A DNA stretch of 64,000 nt. Source: Lingula anatina (taxonomy: Eukaryota; Animalia; Brachiopoda). Numbering within the stretch: the first letter of the stretch is position 1; every line of letters starts with the position of its first letter. The DNA lies in contig CM120641.1 of the NCBI GenBank assembly GCA_051362555.1, forward strand, positions 46,134,401 through 46,198,400. Direction: 5' to 3'. Of the stretch, positions 42,129-54,736 are shown piece by piece. The notes under the pieces were generated by a model. It had not been told where the DNA came from, made no database searches, and saw only the letters and a program-made list of their open reading frames with translations. Position numbers and translations under genes: made by a program.

Positions 42129-45100
42129 ACAAAGAACCAATATAAAACGGGCCAGTAGTGGCAGTAAACCCAACCCAAGGGTGGCACCAAAAAAGACTGG
42201 AAGTGGGGATGGGAAACCAGCAAGTCTAGGAAGTAAACCAGGAAGTGGGCGTGGCACCAGACCCCCAGATACACACACAGAGGAAGAGTCCCCAGGGGAA
42301 CAGGACATCAAGTTCTTTAACATTCCCAGCAAATGGGAGAAGGCAGAGATATCTGACACCCCCAAAGAGACCCAAAGAAAATTAAGAGACATCAGTCCAG
42401 AGGAAATAGTGAGTTGTGATTTCAGAAGACTATGGGGGAGGGGGGCTTTTATTATGCTATGTGGTTATTTTAGTTAATTGGAAGTGCATGAAGTTGATTT
42501 GACATGAAAAATAGAAACTTTTTATCTAAAGTTTGTGTATATAAAAGGCTGTGTCAAAAAGTCAAACAACAATCAATAACACTTCAATCAAATTTGGGGA
42601 ATTTTACAACACAAAAATCAATTAACCCTAAAGGTTTTTAGATTTTTGCATAATGCACCTGTGCAAATTCCCTTTATGTAGTACAATGTCAATTTTGCTT
42701 GTGAAACTCGAATTCTTCTACATCATGACTATTTTTAGCCAGGAATACCCTTCATGTCAGTTTCGAACACACAGACGAAACTCTCTCACTATATCTCTGT
42801 TATACCCATATTGTTAACTACTAGCATTATAAAGATGAAATGCTCAGTACATTATCTTGTCTACATATAAAACAAATATAGAAAATGAATTAATATTTTG
42901 ATCCTAGGATTAAAGTTATTGTTCACCAATATTTTGGTATCTGTCAAGAATCCTTTTAAGAATGAGGTTACATAAAACGGATAAATGTAATGGACTATAA
43001 ATTTTATTTAAAGGATTTGCATCATGCCGTCAGAATGGCCTGAACGGAACATATTCTTCAGAAAACATGCCCAACTAACGATATCTTTATCCAAATACAC
43101 AAATTAAAAGCTCATTTTGTAAATTTTTGGCTTTAAAAAACGTCCTATTTGCTCGGCCTGGGAGTTAATGAGCTATGTGGTCACGTGGTCCGATGACGAC
43201 AATTGAGCCACTGGAGAACAGAGCGTGCTTAGCTGTCAAACTGAGCTGCATTGTCTACCTGTAAGATGACTTCTCTGGCTTCTGATAAAAGTTTATACTC
43301 ATTCAAATCTCTTACCCGAGGGGTCTAAATCCTCCTGAAGCTGTGTAAAACCATTTCCCGTCTAGTCAATTCTTTAACAAGCATTTAATTATGGTTATCC
43401 AAAGTTGTATAAAACACTGCATTTGAATGAGTTAAGGGAAATGTTGATTATTGCATATGAGGTCCATGTTATTTGTGAAATTCAATTTATTTTATTAAAC
43501 CGCTGACACTCCGTCTTGCATACTTTTATTAAACTGAGGTAAACAATGCCCGTTACCTTTACAAGTCCTATCTTAATCATCCATCTAACCGGAACTTCCT
43601 TTACCTCTTAATTAGAGGGTTAAATGGCATTCAATTTGTCTTGCTTGTATCGAACGCACTCTCTATCTAAGCTTTACTCCAGTTATCTCAGGTAAAAATC
43701 TACCTGTGCGTTAGTTACAAAGCGCAGCTCCCGTAGACCTGGGGGTACTAGATAAAAACTGAACACCAGGTTTATCGAGGAGCTAGAGAAAGAAAGGAAG
43801 AATTTTTCCTGCACAACTTCATAGGAATTTTAACACGGACTTGATCCAGCTTAGACCTCCAAACTAACAGGGTGACATGGGCAATTTTCACAAACAAATC
43901 ATAAAACTATATTTCAGTTAACCGCCTTTTAAATAAATATACCGTTCTGGGTAAATTAGAATAGTTATTAAATCGCGAGAATATTTTTGACTTAAATGAT
44001 GATTTTATTATTAATGGAAATTAAGCTACTATATGAGGTACATTTGCTGTGATTACGCTGTCCTTCATGTTTTGCGTAAGTCTACATTTTGCTGTATGTG
44101 CTTGTAATTTTTTTAAATATGTGCGTACAATTTTTGCAGGTCTGGTTACCCCCCTGTTATGTGATGAGAGTATAAATTTGGCAATTAGTTCCTTAGCTTA
44201 TTTAAATAGAATTGCAGTATAAAATTTTCAACAAGATGTTGGCGAAATTGCCCATTACTCTTTGTAGGTATTTCCCCCGTCAAAGTTTGTCTAAAATTAT
44301 CTTTCAATCTTTACTCTTTCAAAGACAGTATAAAGTTACCTGACATATTTTCGTGTAAACTTAATGACAAGCCAAGTGTCTCCAGTTCATTCCGTACTCA
44401 ATTTTACCCAAGCAAATTTTTTTCTTGAGTAGATCTTTATAGCACGGTGTTATAAGCTTACAAATTTGCAAAAAAAAAAAAAAAAATTGCGTACTAACGC
44501 AGAATTTGCGTTTCAAGTTATAAAATAATCAATCTTTTAAATTATTTAATATTTCAGATGAAATTATCTTCAGAAACAAATCCTCAAAGCATAAACGAAT
44601 TAGGATAACGAACCATTTCATTACAGCAGTTCCCATTTTTTCTTTAATATAACGCTCTTTTTCCTATTTTTCCTCAACACGTTTTCTTCCACGGAAGCTT
44701 CAAGATACCCTGAGAGCAATTTCTTTTATTAATGTTCGCGACAGTGTTTGAACTTAATTGTTTAAGTATTGATATTTAACGTCATTTACAAATACCAATA
44801 AAATAACCCCATGAAATAAATGAGATATATTGAAAAATATGAAAGCCCACCAAGACGAGTTTCATACCTGTTATTACCTGGCTTGGGAATTGCAGCGGTG
44901 CATAATTAACAGGTTTTATTGTTAACGAGCTCTTGGTCAACTACAATGAATTTAAAAATGCAGCAATTAGTAAGCTTGCCAACTGATGACAGTATCTAAA
45001 AGACTATCAGCTTTTGATATGATCTAAATCACCTGAGGTGACCGAGATCGCGAGGATCGCAACTATTGTCACCAATGTTAGTAAGTTAGTCACGGAAGAC

Positions 45101-45743
45101 CGTCACAGATAAAGAAAGATAGTCAAGGAGTGCTGCAATTTGGGGAATCCCACGGCAACACACTGAGGCATAAAGAAAATTGCTCAACTCCGTTCAACAC
45201 AACTTTCCAAAATTATTCTGTCTGTTTGCACCATGCAGCTCAGTTGAGTCTCATAGACCTTTATCCCAATTGTCGTCACAGTACCGCGTGACCCAGATCT
45301 TTTGCTTCATTTTAATATGCATATTGAGGTGAGGTTTACTAAAACGCTTTTTTACTACTAATAGATTGTTTTTATAATTTTTAAATGGCGGGGATCGATT
45401 AAAACATACCTCTAGTGTATAGATTGAGTGCTGAATCTTCAAAATTCGAGAAATGGATTTTTATATGACCATTGTCCTTTAAGATGTTTATTAAGAAACT
45501 ATATCTAGTTAAAAAAGTGTGTAACACAACTGAAGAAATTTTCTACTGGATTTATCTCTGTAGCTTGCCCAGAGCCAAGAGAATGACCCTGGTCATGTAT
45601 ATGAAATACTGCTTCATGCTGCCAGGATTGGAAAAATACAAGGACTGGAAACAGTAAGCATTTCCACAACTTTCAGAATGATATAAAAAATTCTCTTATA
45701 AAATGTTCATAAATTTATTAGTACATTTGCTTGATGAACATTG

Positions 45744-45828
<85 letters not shown>

Positions 45829-48800
45829 GAGCTCATAGTAACAAAATGATATTTTGCAAAGAATTTAGTGAGAATAAAACTTTTTTTAAATATACATTTT
45901 AAAAAATATGATTTTTAATGCAAATTTTCCTAAAGCAGTAAAAACAAACTTATTAACGAAATTGGGCATTTTTTTTATGCGATGCTGGAGACTGCTCATT
46001 CATAAGTGGATTAATTCTGCCTTGGCATGTGTCACAGAAATGCCAGATACAGCATCAAACTGTCTTCTGCCAATATATGTATTATGGTTTTTTTTCTTAT
46101 TTTAGTTCACAAAAGTGAGGGTACTAGATCTCTCTTGTAACTTTATACAAGATATAGAAAACTTAGATAAAAACCAGGTAAGTTATGTGTCTTTAAATGA
46201 CTCAATTTTGTTTTATTTTAATTGATAACTGAATTGAAAAATATTTATTAATTAGAAATAATCAAAATTATACTCAAAAGATATATGTAGTGCAAGTGTT
46301 CACTTTGTGTCTATGCAATTACTAATTTTAATTATCAAAAATTGCCCTGTGGGATTGGATTCAATAAAATCAATTTTTATCTTGCATGCAGTAACCTTTT
46401 AAAGCTTTGTATGGTGTTGGCAAATATAAGATTAGATATGGAAAAATATATAAATATTATTCTTAATTTTTTTTTTTATTTTTAATCAATAGGACTTGAG
46501 GGAATTAAAACTCTATGACAACTATATCACTGAAATTAAAAATTTGGAAAGGTAAGATACACATGTTTACAGTCCAAAGAACATTTTTGTTATTCCTTTT
46601 TGTCATCTGTATGAAGTCATGTATTACATTATGAAATCCACTATACATATGTTAATAAGTGCAAAGCAGTTGTTTTTCAGCAGTAGTCTCTCTTTAAAAT
46701 AGTAAAAAGAATGCCTTAAAGTTGATGGTTTTGGTATTGATAGATACATGTATTTCCTCATATTATTTGGCACCTTATATATAGAGTGATGTGGTGAATA
46801 AGTCCTATGTTATCTGTGGAATTTCCTTGCATTGAAGACAAAAGGAAACTTTGGGACTTTTCAGTGAAAAAATAGCCAAGCTTTTTTGTTATCTGGAGAG
46901 TGTATGTCACAAGAAACACCCTTTTGTACAATCAAAGCATTGAAATACCCGTTTTAAACCTGGGAAATTTTAATCATGTTCATTTCTGTTTTAGCTTGAA
47001 GGAACTTAGTCATCTGCAGCTGCAGCATAATAAACTGAAAAGTATAGGTACTGTTAATTCAGGTTTACCCAAACAGATATTCTTGACAACAAGTTATATA
47101 AATAGATCTTATAAGATTAGGATATAAACATACCAAACAGCATTTGTACAGGTAAAAAGCCCCTAGCTTGTGAGAAGACAGTAGTAGCGTCAGAAAAAAC
47201 TGTCATGTAATTTTTCAATTAAAGGTACAACAAAAAGTGTTATTTTTATCTTAAGTTGTTTTTTTTTCTGATTTGTATATATATACTTGAATTTAAGATG
47301 TTAATATCCTTTTAAATTTTCAACATATTAATGTTGAATGATTTGATATATGCAGGTAAAGGATTAAGTTGTCAGAAAAAGTTGAAGATCCTTCGTCTTG
47401 ACAGTAACAAGCTAAGTAAGCTAGACAGCAGAGAGCTGGCCCCCCTCTCCCAGCTGACCAGTTTGGACATTAGTGGCAATGGCTTGGACAGTCTGGCGGT
47501 AAGGGTGTGTGTGTGTGTGTGTGCGCACGCGCATGTGTGTGTGTACATGGGTGCATGCATGTGACAATAGTGGCTTATATAATAAAATGTTATGAATTAA
47601 AGATAACACAAGGAATTTTGTGTATGAGTAAGATACGATTTATTTGTATTTGCAGTCAAAAACTGGTCCTGCATGTAACATGAAAAAGAATATGATTGCT
47701 CTTGTGCTCTCATTTTATTATGGCATTAAATCAGCCACCTTCTGAGGGAAACTTAAAAGCAACAGCAAGTATACAGTTCATTTACAGTTGACATTTGTAT
47801 TTTACTAACATTTCATTAATTTTCCAGGCCTTAAATTGTTTGCCAAACTTAGAGGAATTATTTGCAACCAACAATAAGCTGAGAACAGTGACAGATCTGG
47901 GAAGGTGTAAAAAGGTAAGTATGGTACTCAGTACATTAATCCTAAATAGAAAACCCGAATAATATGAACAGTTAAAGTCATTAAAATGCATCTGACAGCA
48001 TTCAAATAAGAAAATGTCTTATTTCCAAACAGATCAAATAAATTTTTAGCTGCTTTTACTTCAGCTTCAAGAAATTGATCTTTCTTCCAATCAGCTGACA
48101 GATGTCTCTGGCTTGAGAGGACTCGCACAGCTAAATGTAAGTCAGATGTTTATATCCCACTTACACTCTATTTCACTTTGATTTTGGTATCTAAATGAAT
48201 GGGGGTTAGCAGTAGAAGAGTGTTTTGCCTCCCAGTACAATTTTAGCATACCTGAAAGGCTGAGAGACCCAATCCACCCCTTCTCTGTAAATTTAGAATT
48301 TTAGAATCGTGGTAATGCTAAATGTGTAATGCAAGGTGTATTGTTTTTTCAGACACTCCACTTAACCAAGAACCAGTTTGCCACACTGAAATCTCTGGGG
48401 AAGTCAAAGTAAGAATTCACAATAAATAATGTAGTGGTAGCATATAGTTTTCTTTTGATTCAGATTTTGCTTCATACATAAATATTTTCAATATCATATA
48501 TTCTCAATATCAATATATTTCAATAAATATGAAATGAAGATTATTATAAATTAAGTCATATATTTTATTGTGGTTGCATAAAAACACTGACCCAAAGGTG
48601 CTTTAAGATTTCATTGAAATCACTTATGAAATACTGGGTACATGCACATGTACTGAGTACGAGCACATTTGTGATATAGCACATGGTTATCCAATTTACT
48701 TGAGCAAAGGAATATTTCCAACTGTGGAATGGATTTTTCAGGTCACTCCATGAATTGGTTGTATCCAACAACAGGCTCACAGAGTTGCAGTCTCTGGTAG

Positions 48801-48916
48801 AACAGTTTCCAGGTCTGGAACACCTCAATGTCTGTGATAACCATATAGAGCAATGGGAACAAGTGGTAGGTGCATGTGTACAGTGGGTGAAGGATTTATT
48901 TTTGGTTGGATTTAGG

Positions 48917-48959
<43 letters not shown>

Positions 48960-50890
48960 TTAATTTCCTGACTGTACATCTTTTTCACTGAATTTGAAAT
49001 ATGAAATGCTGTATTTTATTTCCAATATGCTCTAAGCAGGGGCGGATTTAGGCCGTCTTCTGGGTCTTCCAGAAGACGGTCAGATTTTCAAGTTTACATT
49101 GACAGGTATCTAATGTTTTCTGTCGGAAGACGGTCAGAAATGTAGGATGGATCAACAAAGATAATTTGGAAGACTGTCAGAAAATATCTCTGGATCCGCC
49201 CCTGCTAAGTGTAATGAAAGCACATTATCATGTATATTTAATTATATATATTCAGAGGTAAGAATTTCTTTCAAGGTCTCTCTGCAGAAACTTCAGAATA
49301 TAATGGAGGTGTTTTTGCAACGGAATCCATTCTGCTCCCCTCGTGGCCCCAAGCCCCACTATAGTGCAGAGTTACAGAGGCTCATGCCTGCCCTGGAGAT
49401 TATTGATGGGGTAAGTTAATTGGGATCTTTTCCAAATATTGGCCTCCATTTCATTTGTTCTAGCTACTTTTTGATACTTATATAGCAGTATGTTAAAGAT
49501 GATATGTTATTTTATTTTATTTTTTTTTAAATATAAGCCAGCACACAAAATATACATTGATTTAATGTACCAGGAAATTATGTGGACATAAGACCTGAAA
49601 ACAGTGAGGATCAGTGCTATATGATGCACAAAATGTGTGTTTATGCACAGCAAATGTTGGCAACTCAATGAATATAATGAAATATCCTATAGATGAACAG
49701 CCTTATTTTGTGTAGTGGATAAGATGTGTGTACGGGGCTGTAAAACTTCCTTTATCTGTATTTTCAGGCACACGTGAAGCGTTCTACATCCACAACTGCT
49801 CCTGTCATGAGACCCATGTCAGCAGCCAGTGGTAATACATGTAACAATTTACTTCCAATCTCTCCCACTCTCTCCCTCTCTCAGTGAATTTCTCTCTACT
49901 CTAAGTCTGAATACTTTTTCTTGGTAGGAAAGTTTTAACATTTGAGTATTTAAGTATGCCTTTTCAACATTTCAGCTGAATTTCTATCTCTACTCCAAGT
50001 GTGAAAATTTTGTTTTTCAGGGGAGGGGGATTGTTTGTCTTAAATTGGATGTATTTTAGCTAGGTTTTCAACAATTTCCTCATTTCCAAAAGAAAAGCAC
50101 TTTATTCCTTTTGGATTAAAAAGTACTCCTTTTATAAGAACATTTTTATTTGGGTAATCCATTGGTCTAGAGATTATCAAATCTTTTAAACTGTTAAGAC
50201 AATTATACATTTGCATCTTTTTTTAGTAATCAGCACAAGACAAGTTGATGCCCAAATGTCCTCCTTGTTAAATGAAATGTCCACTTTTGAAAACAATGTC
50301 ATGCAGTCGTAAGTCTCTTTAATTCTGATAATATAAATTATTCTATAAATTAGTTTTTTATTCTCAGTAAAAGTAAAGTCACACCGAGTCACACTTGATA
50401 CCTTGCTACATGTAAATACTCCTTTAAAGTTGACAAGTAAATACATAAACTAACAAATGAGACAATTATATCATTTTATGTTCATAATTTCCATTTAGGT
50501 TCAAATCGCTGCGGGCCACATTTGATACCCTTCCTGTGGAGCCTCCAAAAACCAGCCGTCTTGCCACAGTGCGGAGTTTGCCGTCCACTGCAGGAAGTGA
50601 CCGTCCAGCCAGCAAGTCAAGCAGGTAATAGGCATATATGACCTTGGACAATGTGTTGTCTTTTATGTAGTACAATTTTAAAGTCCTCAGCACTTTCTAC
50701 CAAGTGAATAAAAAGTGATGTCAGTATAGCACTACAGAAGTCAATATAATACAAAATCTGTTGACTTTACTCTGAGAAAACTTGCAGATCTTCAGATACA
50801 CACAAACAGAGTTGATCTGACAATGCAATGTTGTCTTTCAGGCGTTCCAGAATTACAGAAGCTAGGAACTTTGCAGCCCAACATTTCTAA
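42129..50890 (+). CDS. SDS22/PPP1R7-like leucine-rich repeat protein; start codon not resolved. Exons approx. 42129-42408, 45563-45652, 46106-46177, 46493-46551, 46995-47047, 47356-47498, 47828-47913, 48065-48136, 48353-48408, 48742-48865, 49277-49410, 49768-49831, 50227-50308, 50499-50624, 50842-50890
   Basis: Successive exons encode LxxLxLxxNxI repeats (VRVLDLSCNFIQDIENL, LRELKLYDNYITEIKNLE, LKILRLDSNKL, LQEIDLSSNQL, LHELVVSNNRL). These are followed by an LRR cap (NPFC...YSAELQRLMPALEIIDG) and a tail ending RSRITEARNFAAQHF*. Confidence 0.88.
45746..45827. repeat. (TAA)n-(TTA)n self-complementary microsatellite
   Basis: Read directly from the sequence. Confidence 0.9.
49037..49204. mobile_element. 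MITE with CAGGGGCGGA TIRs, copy 2, in an LRR-gene intron
   Basis: CAGGGGCGGAT...ATCCGCCCCTG flanked by CTAAG on both sides; colinear with 14645-14809. Confidence 0.85.
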
Positions 50891-53538
50891 CTTCTTTACG
50901 AAAAGATTGCTTTTTTTCTAGTTACTGTTGCAATTGCCTTTTTTTTTTTATAACATTCAGATAATTTCTGGAAAACTTGCAATATGTAAAAACAACAAAT
51001 AGTGTTGTAGACATGTTGAAAAAAAATATTGTTCTTGAATTGGCCAGTGTGCATTCAGCAGAAGTATACTTTAAAGACATCTTTTAAGAAAAGTGTTTAT
51101 TTATCTTTTTTTTTTTTTTAATGTGGAGATTCCTCTCTTAATAATTCCGAGCTAGCATCATTTTTTTTCTGAATTTGCGTACCATTAGCTGTAAGGCAAT
51201 ACATTAATGTAAATGGTCTCATTTCAAAGAAAGAACATAAGTATTTTTATAGCTGACAGTTTAAAGTGAGTCCTTTTCTCGTGTAGTGTATATATATGCA
51301 GCTATGTGTAATAATATAGTTTATATTTGAAATAAATGTTCACTTTCTAACAGTTTTTATGCAGATCTTTTAAATACATCCAACACTGAAAAAAGGTGAC
51401 ATTTTCCTTCGTGTAAATGTTGAAAAATTTCCTGCCTGTGTTTTGATACAAAACTTCCAAGAAATAGAAATTAAATTTGAAGACCAGTGTTTCTCCATTC
51501 CTTTCCATTCAAATGATCTGACTACTCAATAAATAAAAACAAGCAATTCATTAATTTTTTATTACTGAAATGCATTTTCCTATAAAATGTATATTAAACA
51601 AGTAAATTGCACCAGAGGAAGAAGAGAAAAGAGAAATGCCCTACCCAAGGTACATTACAGCACAGAATTGCCTTCCTTTATGTACTGAACAATACATTTC
51701 AATATTATTAATACTAAGAATGATTAACACACAAAAAATTAACTTTCCATACTGTCCTGTCCTTTTAATTACAAAAGGGACACCCTTAATACTAGTTTAT
51801 ATCATAAACTGCTATTTAATAATGGCATAAGTACATGTATTACTATCTCATATAACTTTTTCTTCATTAAAATTCTTTTCTTGGGATATTCTTACCAATT
51901 TTTCTATGCAACAACATCAAAATAATTGATAGAGTTGGTGGTCATCTTTTGATTTGTTTTTTTTTTTTTTTTTTTTTAATTTTTACAATGAGCAGGAGTT
52001 ATATAATTATGCAAACATGTTTGCCTGTGTGTGGACGATTTACTTATATAATTGACTTCAATTTAAAAAAAAATATATTAAAAAAACTATTTTGGCACCT
52101 GAAGAATGCACCTTAACAATGTGCTTTTCAGTGAAATGTTATTTCAAATAACTTGAACTTTCAGTTTTTGAACCCACTTTATATATGAGTATGAACTAAG
52201 TAACACTTTTCTCTTACAAATACTTTTATAAAACAAAACATTTGCATGGGAACATCTGTATTAAATGTTTAACAACATCATCTATATTATATAATTCTTC
52301 AATACTGCACCAGGTATCATTTCTTTCCTATGTATTCAGTGATGTAACAGCTTTTCAAATGCATCAAATATTTCGTATCACAAACAAAGCACCCTTCCTG
52401 ACTGCAAATCAAATTATAAAACCCCCAGAAAAGTGCAAAATTCAATAAACACACAAAATGCAAAAAAAAAATGTGGATATCACAGTAAAGCCCATCAAAA
52501 TAACTCTAATCAAACCGTTTTATGCATGTGCTCCAAATAAAAAATATTAACTATATTTAATGACTATGTTATGGATGAAAAAGTATCACATATATCCACC
52601 CACTGACGATAATGAAATTCATAACCCTGTGTAATATATAGCTGAAGGACTATGCAAAGCTACTTCACAAACTTCTTAATAACCTCTAACTAATGTCTCT
52701 TATAGCCTACAGGTACATGTATATCAAAATGACTCTGGGAAACTTTGTAAAACAGCTATGGCAACAACTTGTAAAATAATCTTAAGGGTCCCTGTTAAAA
52801 CCAGCTCTTTGTAAAGTATCACCTATGAACTACTTGTATCTTTTTTGTGTAGAAAAATAACAAAAAATGGTCAATTTCTTAAACTTTCATTCTGTTTCAT
52901 TTCAGATAAAAAAATAATTTAGATAAAAATATTTTCATATGACCACAGCTAAACCACAAACCACACAAACTCATATGTTTGAGCATTTTTGTCTAAAGAT
53001 TTTCACTCCAGGGCAAGCTTTACAGAAAAAAAAAACAACTTTAGACTTAAAAATCAAGAAATTAAGTTTACTTTGACTCAAGACATGTCATAGTTCTGTA
53101 GTAGTCCACTTTATCAAATATTTTTTCTCTTTTGTAAAAAGAAGTGCATAATGTTTAAGTAAACTGAATGACATGTCTTCTGGGGCAGCTACAGAGGCTT
53201 AACTTCCATGTACCTTCGGTCATGCTCAAAATGAAATGAAAAAGCTTCCAGATTCCAAGCGCGAGCGAAAGTTATTCAATCCCCAGCTTCTTGGGGAGGT
53301 GTGTCCCCACAAGTAGGACCGATAAGTTTCACTGGGAACTTGCCCTAGGACAATAATTACTACCACAGTAGTACTTTACATTTGAAGACTGCCCAGTTCT
53401 ATTAATTTATCCTGAAATAAAGTAAACCATAGTTCAGATCAACTTTTTAGTTTTGACTTCTATTGAGAAACTTGCCCTTGGTTTAAAATGCTGGCTAAGC
53501 ATTAGAGGGAGTCCAAAATAGCTGGAAACAATACAAGC

Positions 53539-54666
53539 TTAATTGTGGGGAGACAGCACACCTCTTGTATAGTCACTCCATCTCTGAGCTGTTGTAGCAA
53601 ATATAGGATCACTTTCTACGGAAGACAACACCAGAAGTTGTACAATATGTGTTGTGTGGTAATCCCAGCGAGCTCTGTTGGGTGGTAACTTCATGGTAAC
53701 ATGGCGCAAATCATAAGTTGTTCCAGATCCTGTGTCAAAGAGCGGCAATAAGGCCTTTAGAGACGTCAACCCTTGAGAATAAAGACGCTGTACATCTTTG
53801 TTGTCCGATAATACAGTTCTCAAATCGTAAAGTCCCATCAGTGAAAATATAAATCCATTGAGAACAAAAAGACTTGGTGTGGTGGGATATTCCTCATACC
53901 AGGCATATTTATCCATAAAAAGTGCCAAGACGCCATTATTTGCACTTTTCACATCAAACGGTTTCAGACCTCTGACTGCAGCCTCCAAGTATTTTTTCTC
54001 CTTGGAATGGAGATAAGCACGTGTCAACACGGACATGGCGTGCCCCTGGGCCATGGCAGAGTACCACCCTGGAGACAAAGCTTGGGCTTCCTTAGCAACC
54101 CAGTGAGTTACCATATTTGGCCAGCCGCCATTTTGATCCTGTGCTCTCAACAGCCAATCAGCTGCATGATAAAACTGTGTCAAATGTGCTGAGCTGGAAG
54201 TGGTTATATTATTAATCCATCCATGTCCTCGAAGGTGAATACCTACAATTTTGGACACCCTTTTGTTTACTTTTTTTTTCCCCAGCCCCTTCTCAATGTC
54301 GATGAAGATATCACGTGTGATGGTTCGCCATGTTCTGCACTTGTCTGCTCCTATCCCATAATACACCTGCTCTCCAGAGACTGAGATCATTACATTACTG
54401 CAGAGATATGTCACAAAAAGCTTTCTCTTGACACGCTTTTGATTGGTCTCAACAACAACAGTCAGGCTTCCACTTTGTTTAAATCTTAAATCGAAGGACA
54501 AAATGAAGTTTTCTTTTTCATTAACTGAGAATACAATTCCTGGTTTGGCAAAAGATTCTGAAAATCAACAAAAATGCCCAAATTACATTCAAATTATGGA
54601 TGACACACCTACAAGTAGCACATATGCAATACACCCAAAAATACTGATTATTCACAGATACTGGCT

Positions 54667-54736
<70 letters not shown>

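Noticed and set aside
42620-45250. Possible TTAA-ended transposon fragments in the large LRR-gene intron
   Set aside because: I could not pair convincing TIRs or find a second copy or transposase remnant in the window.
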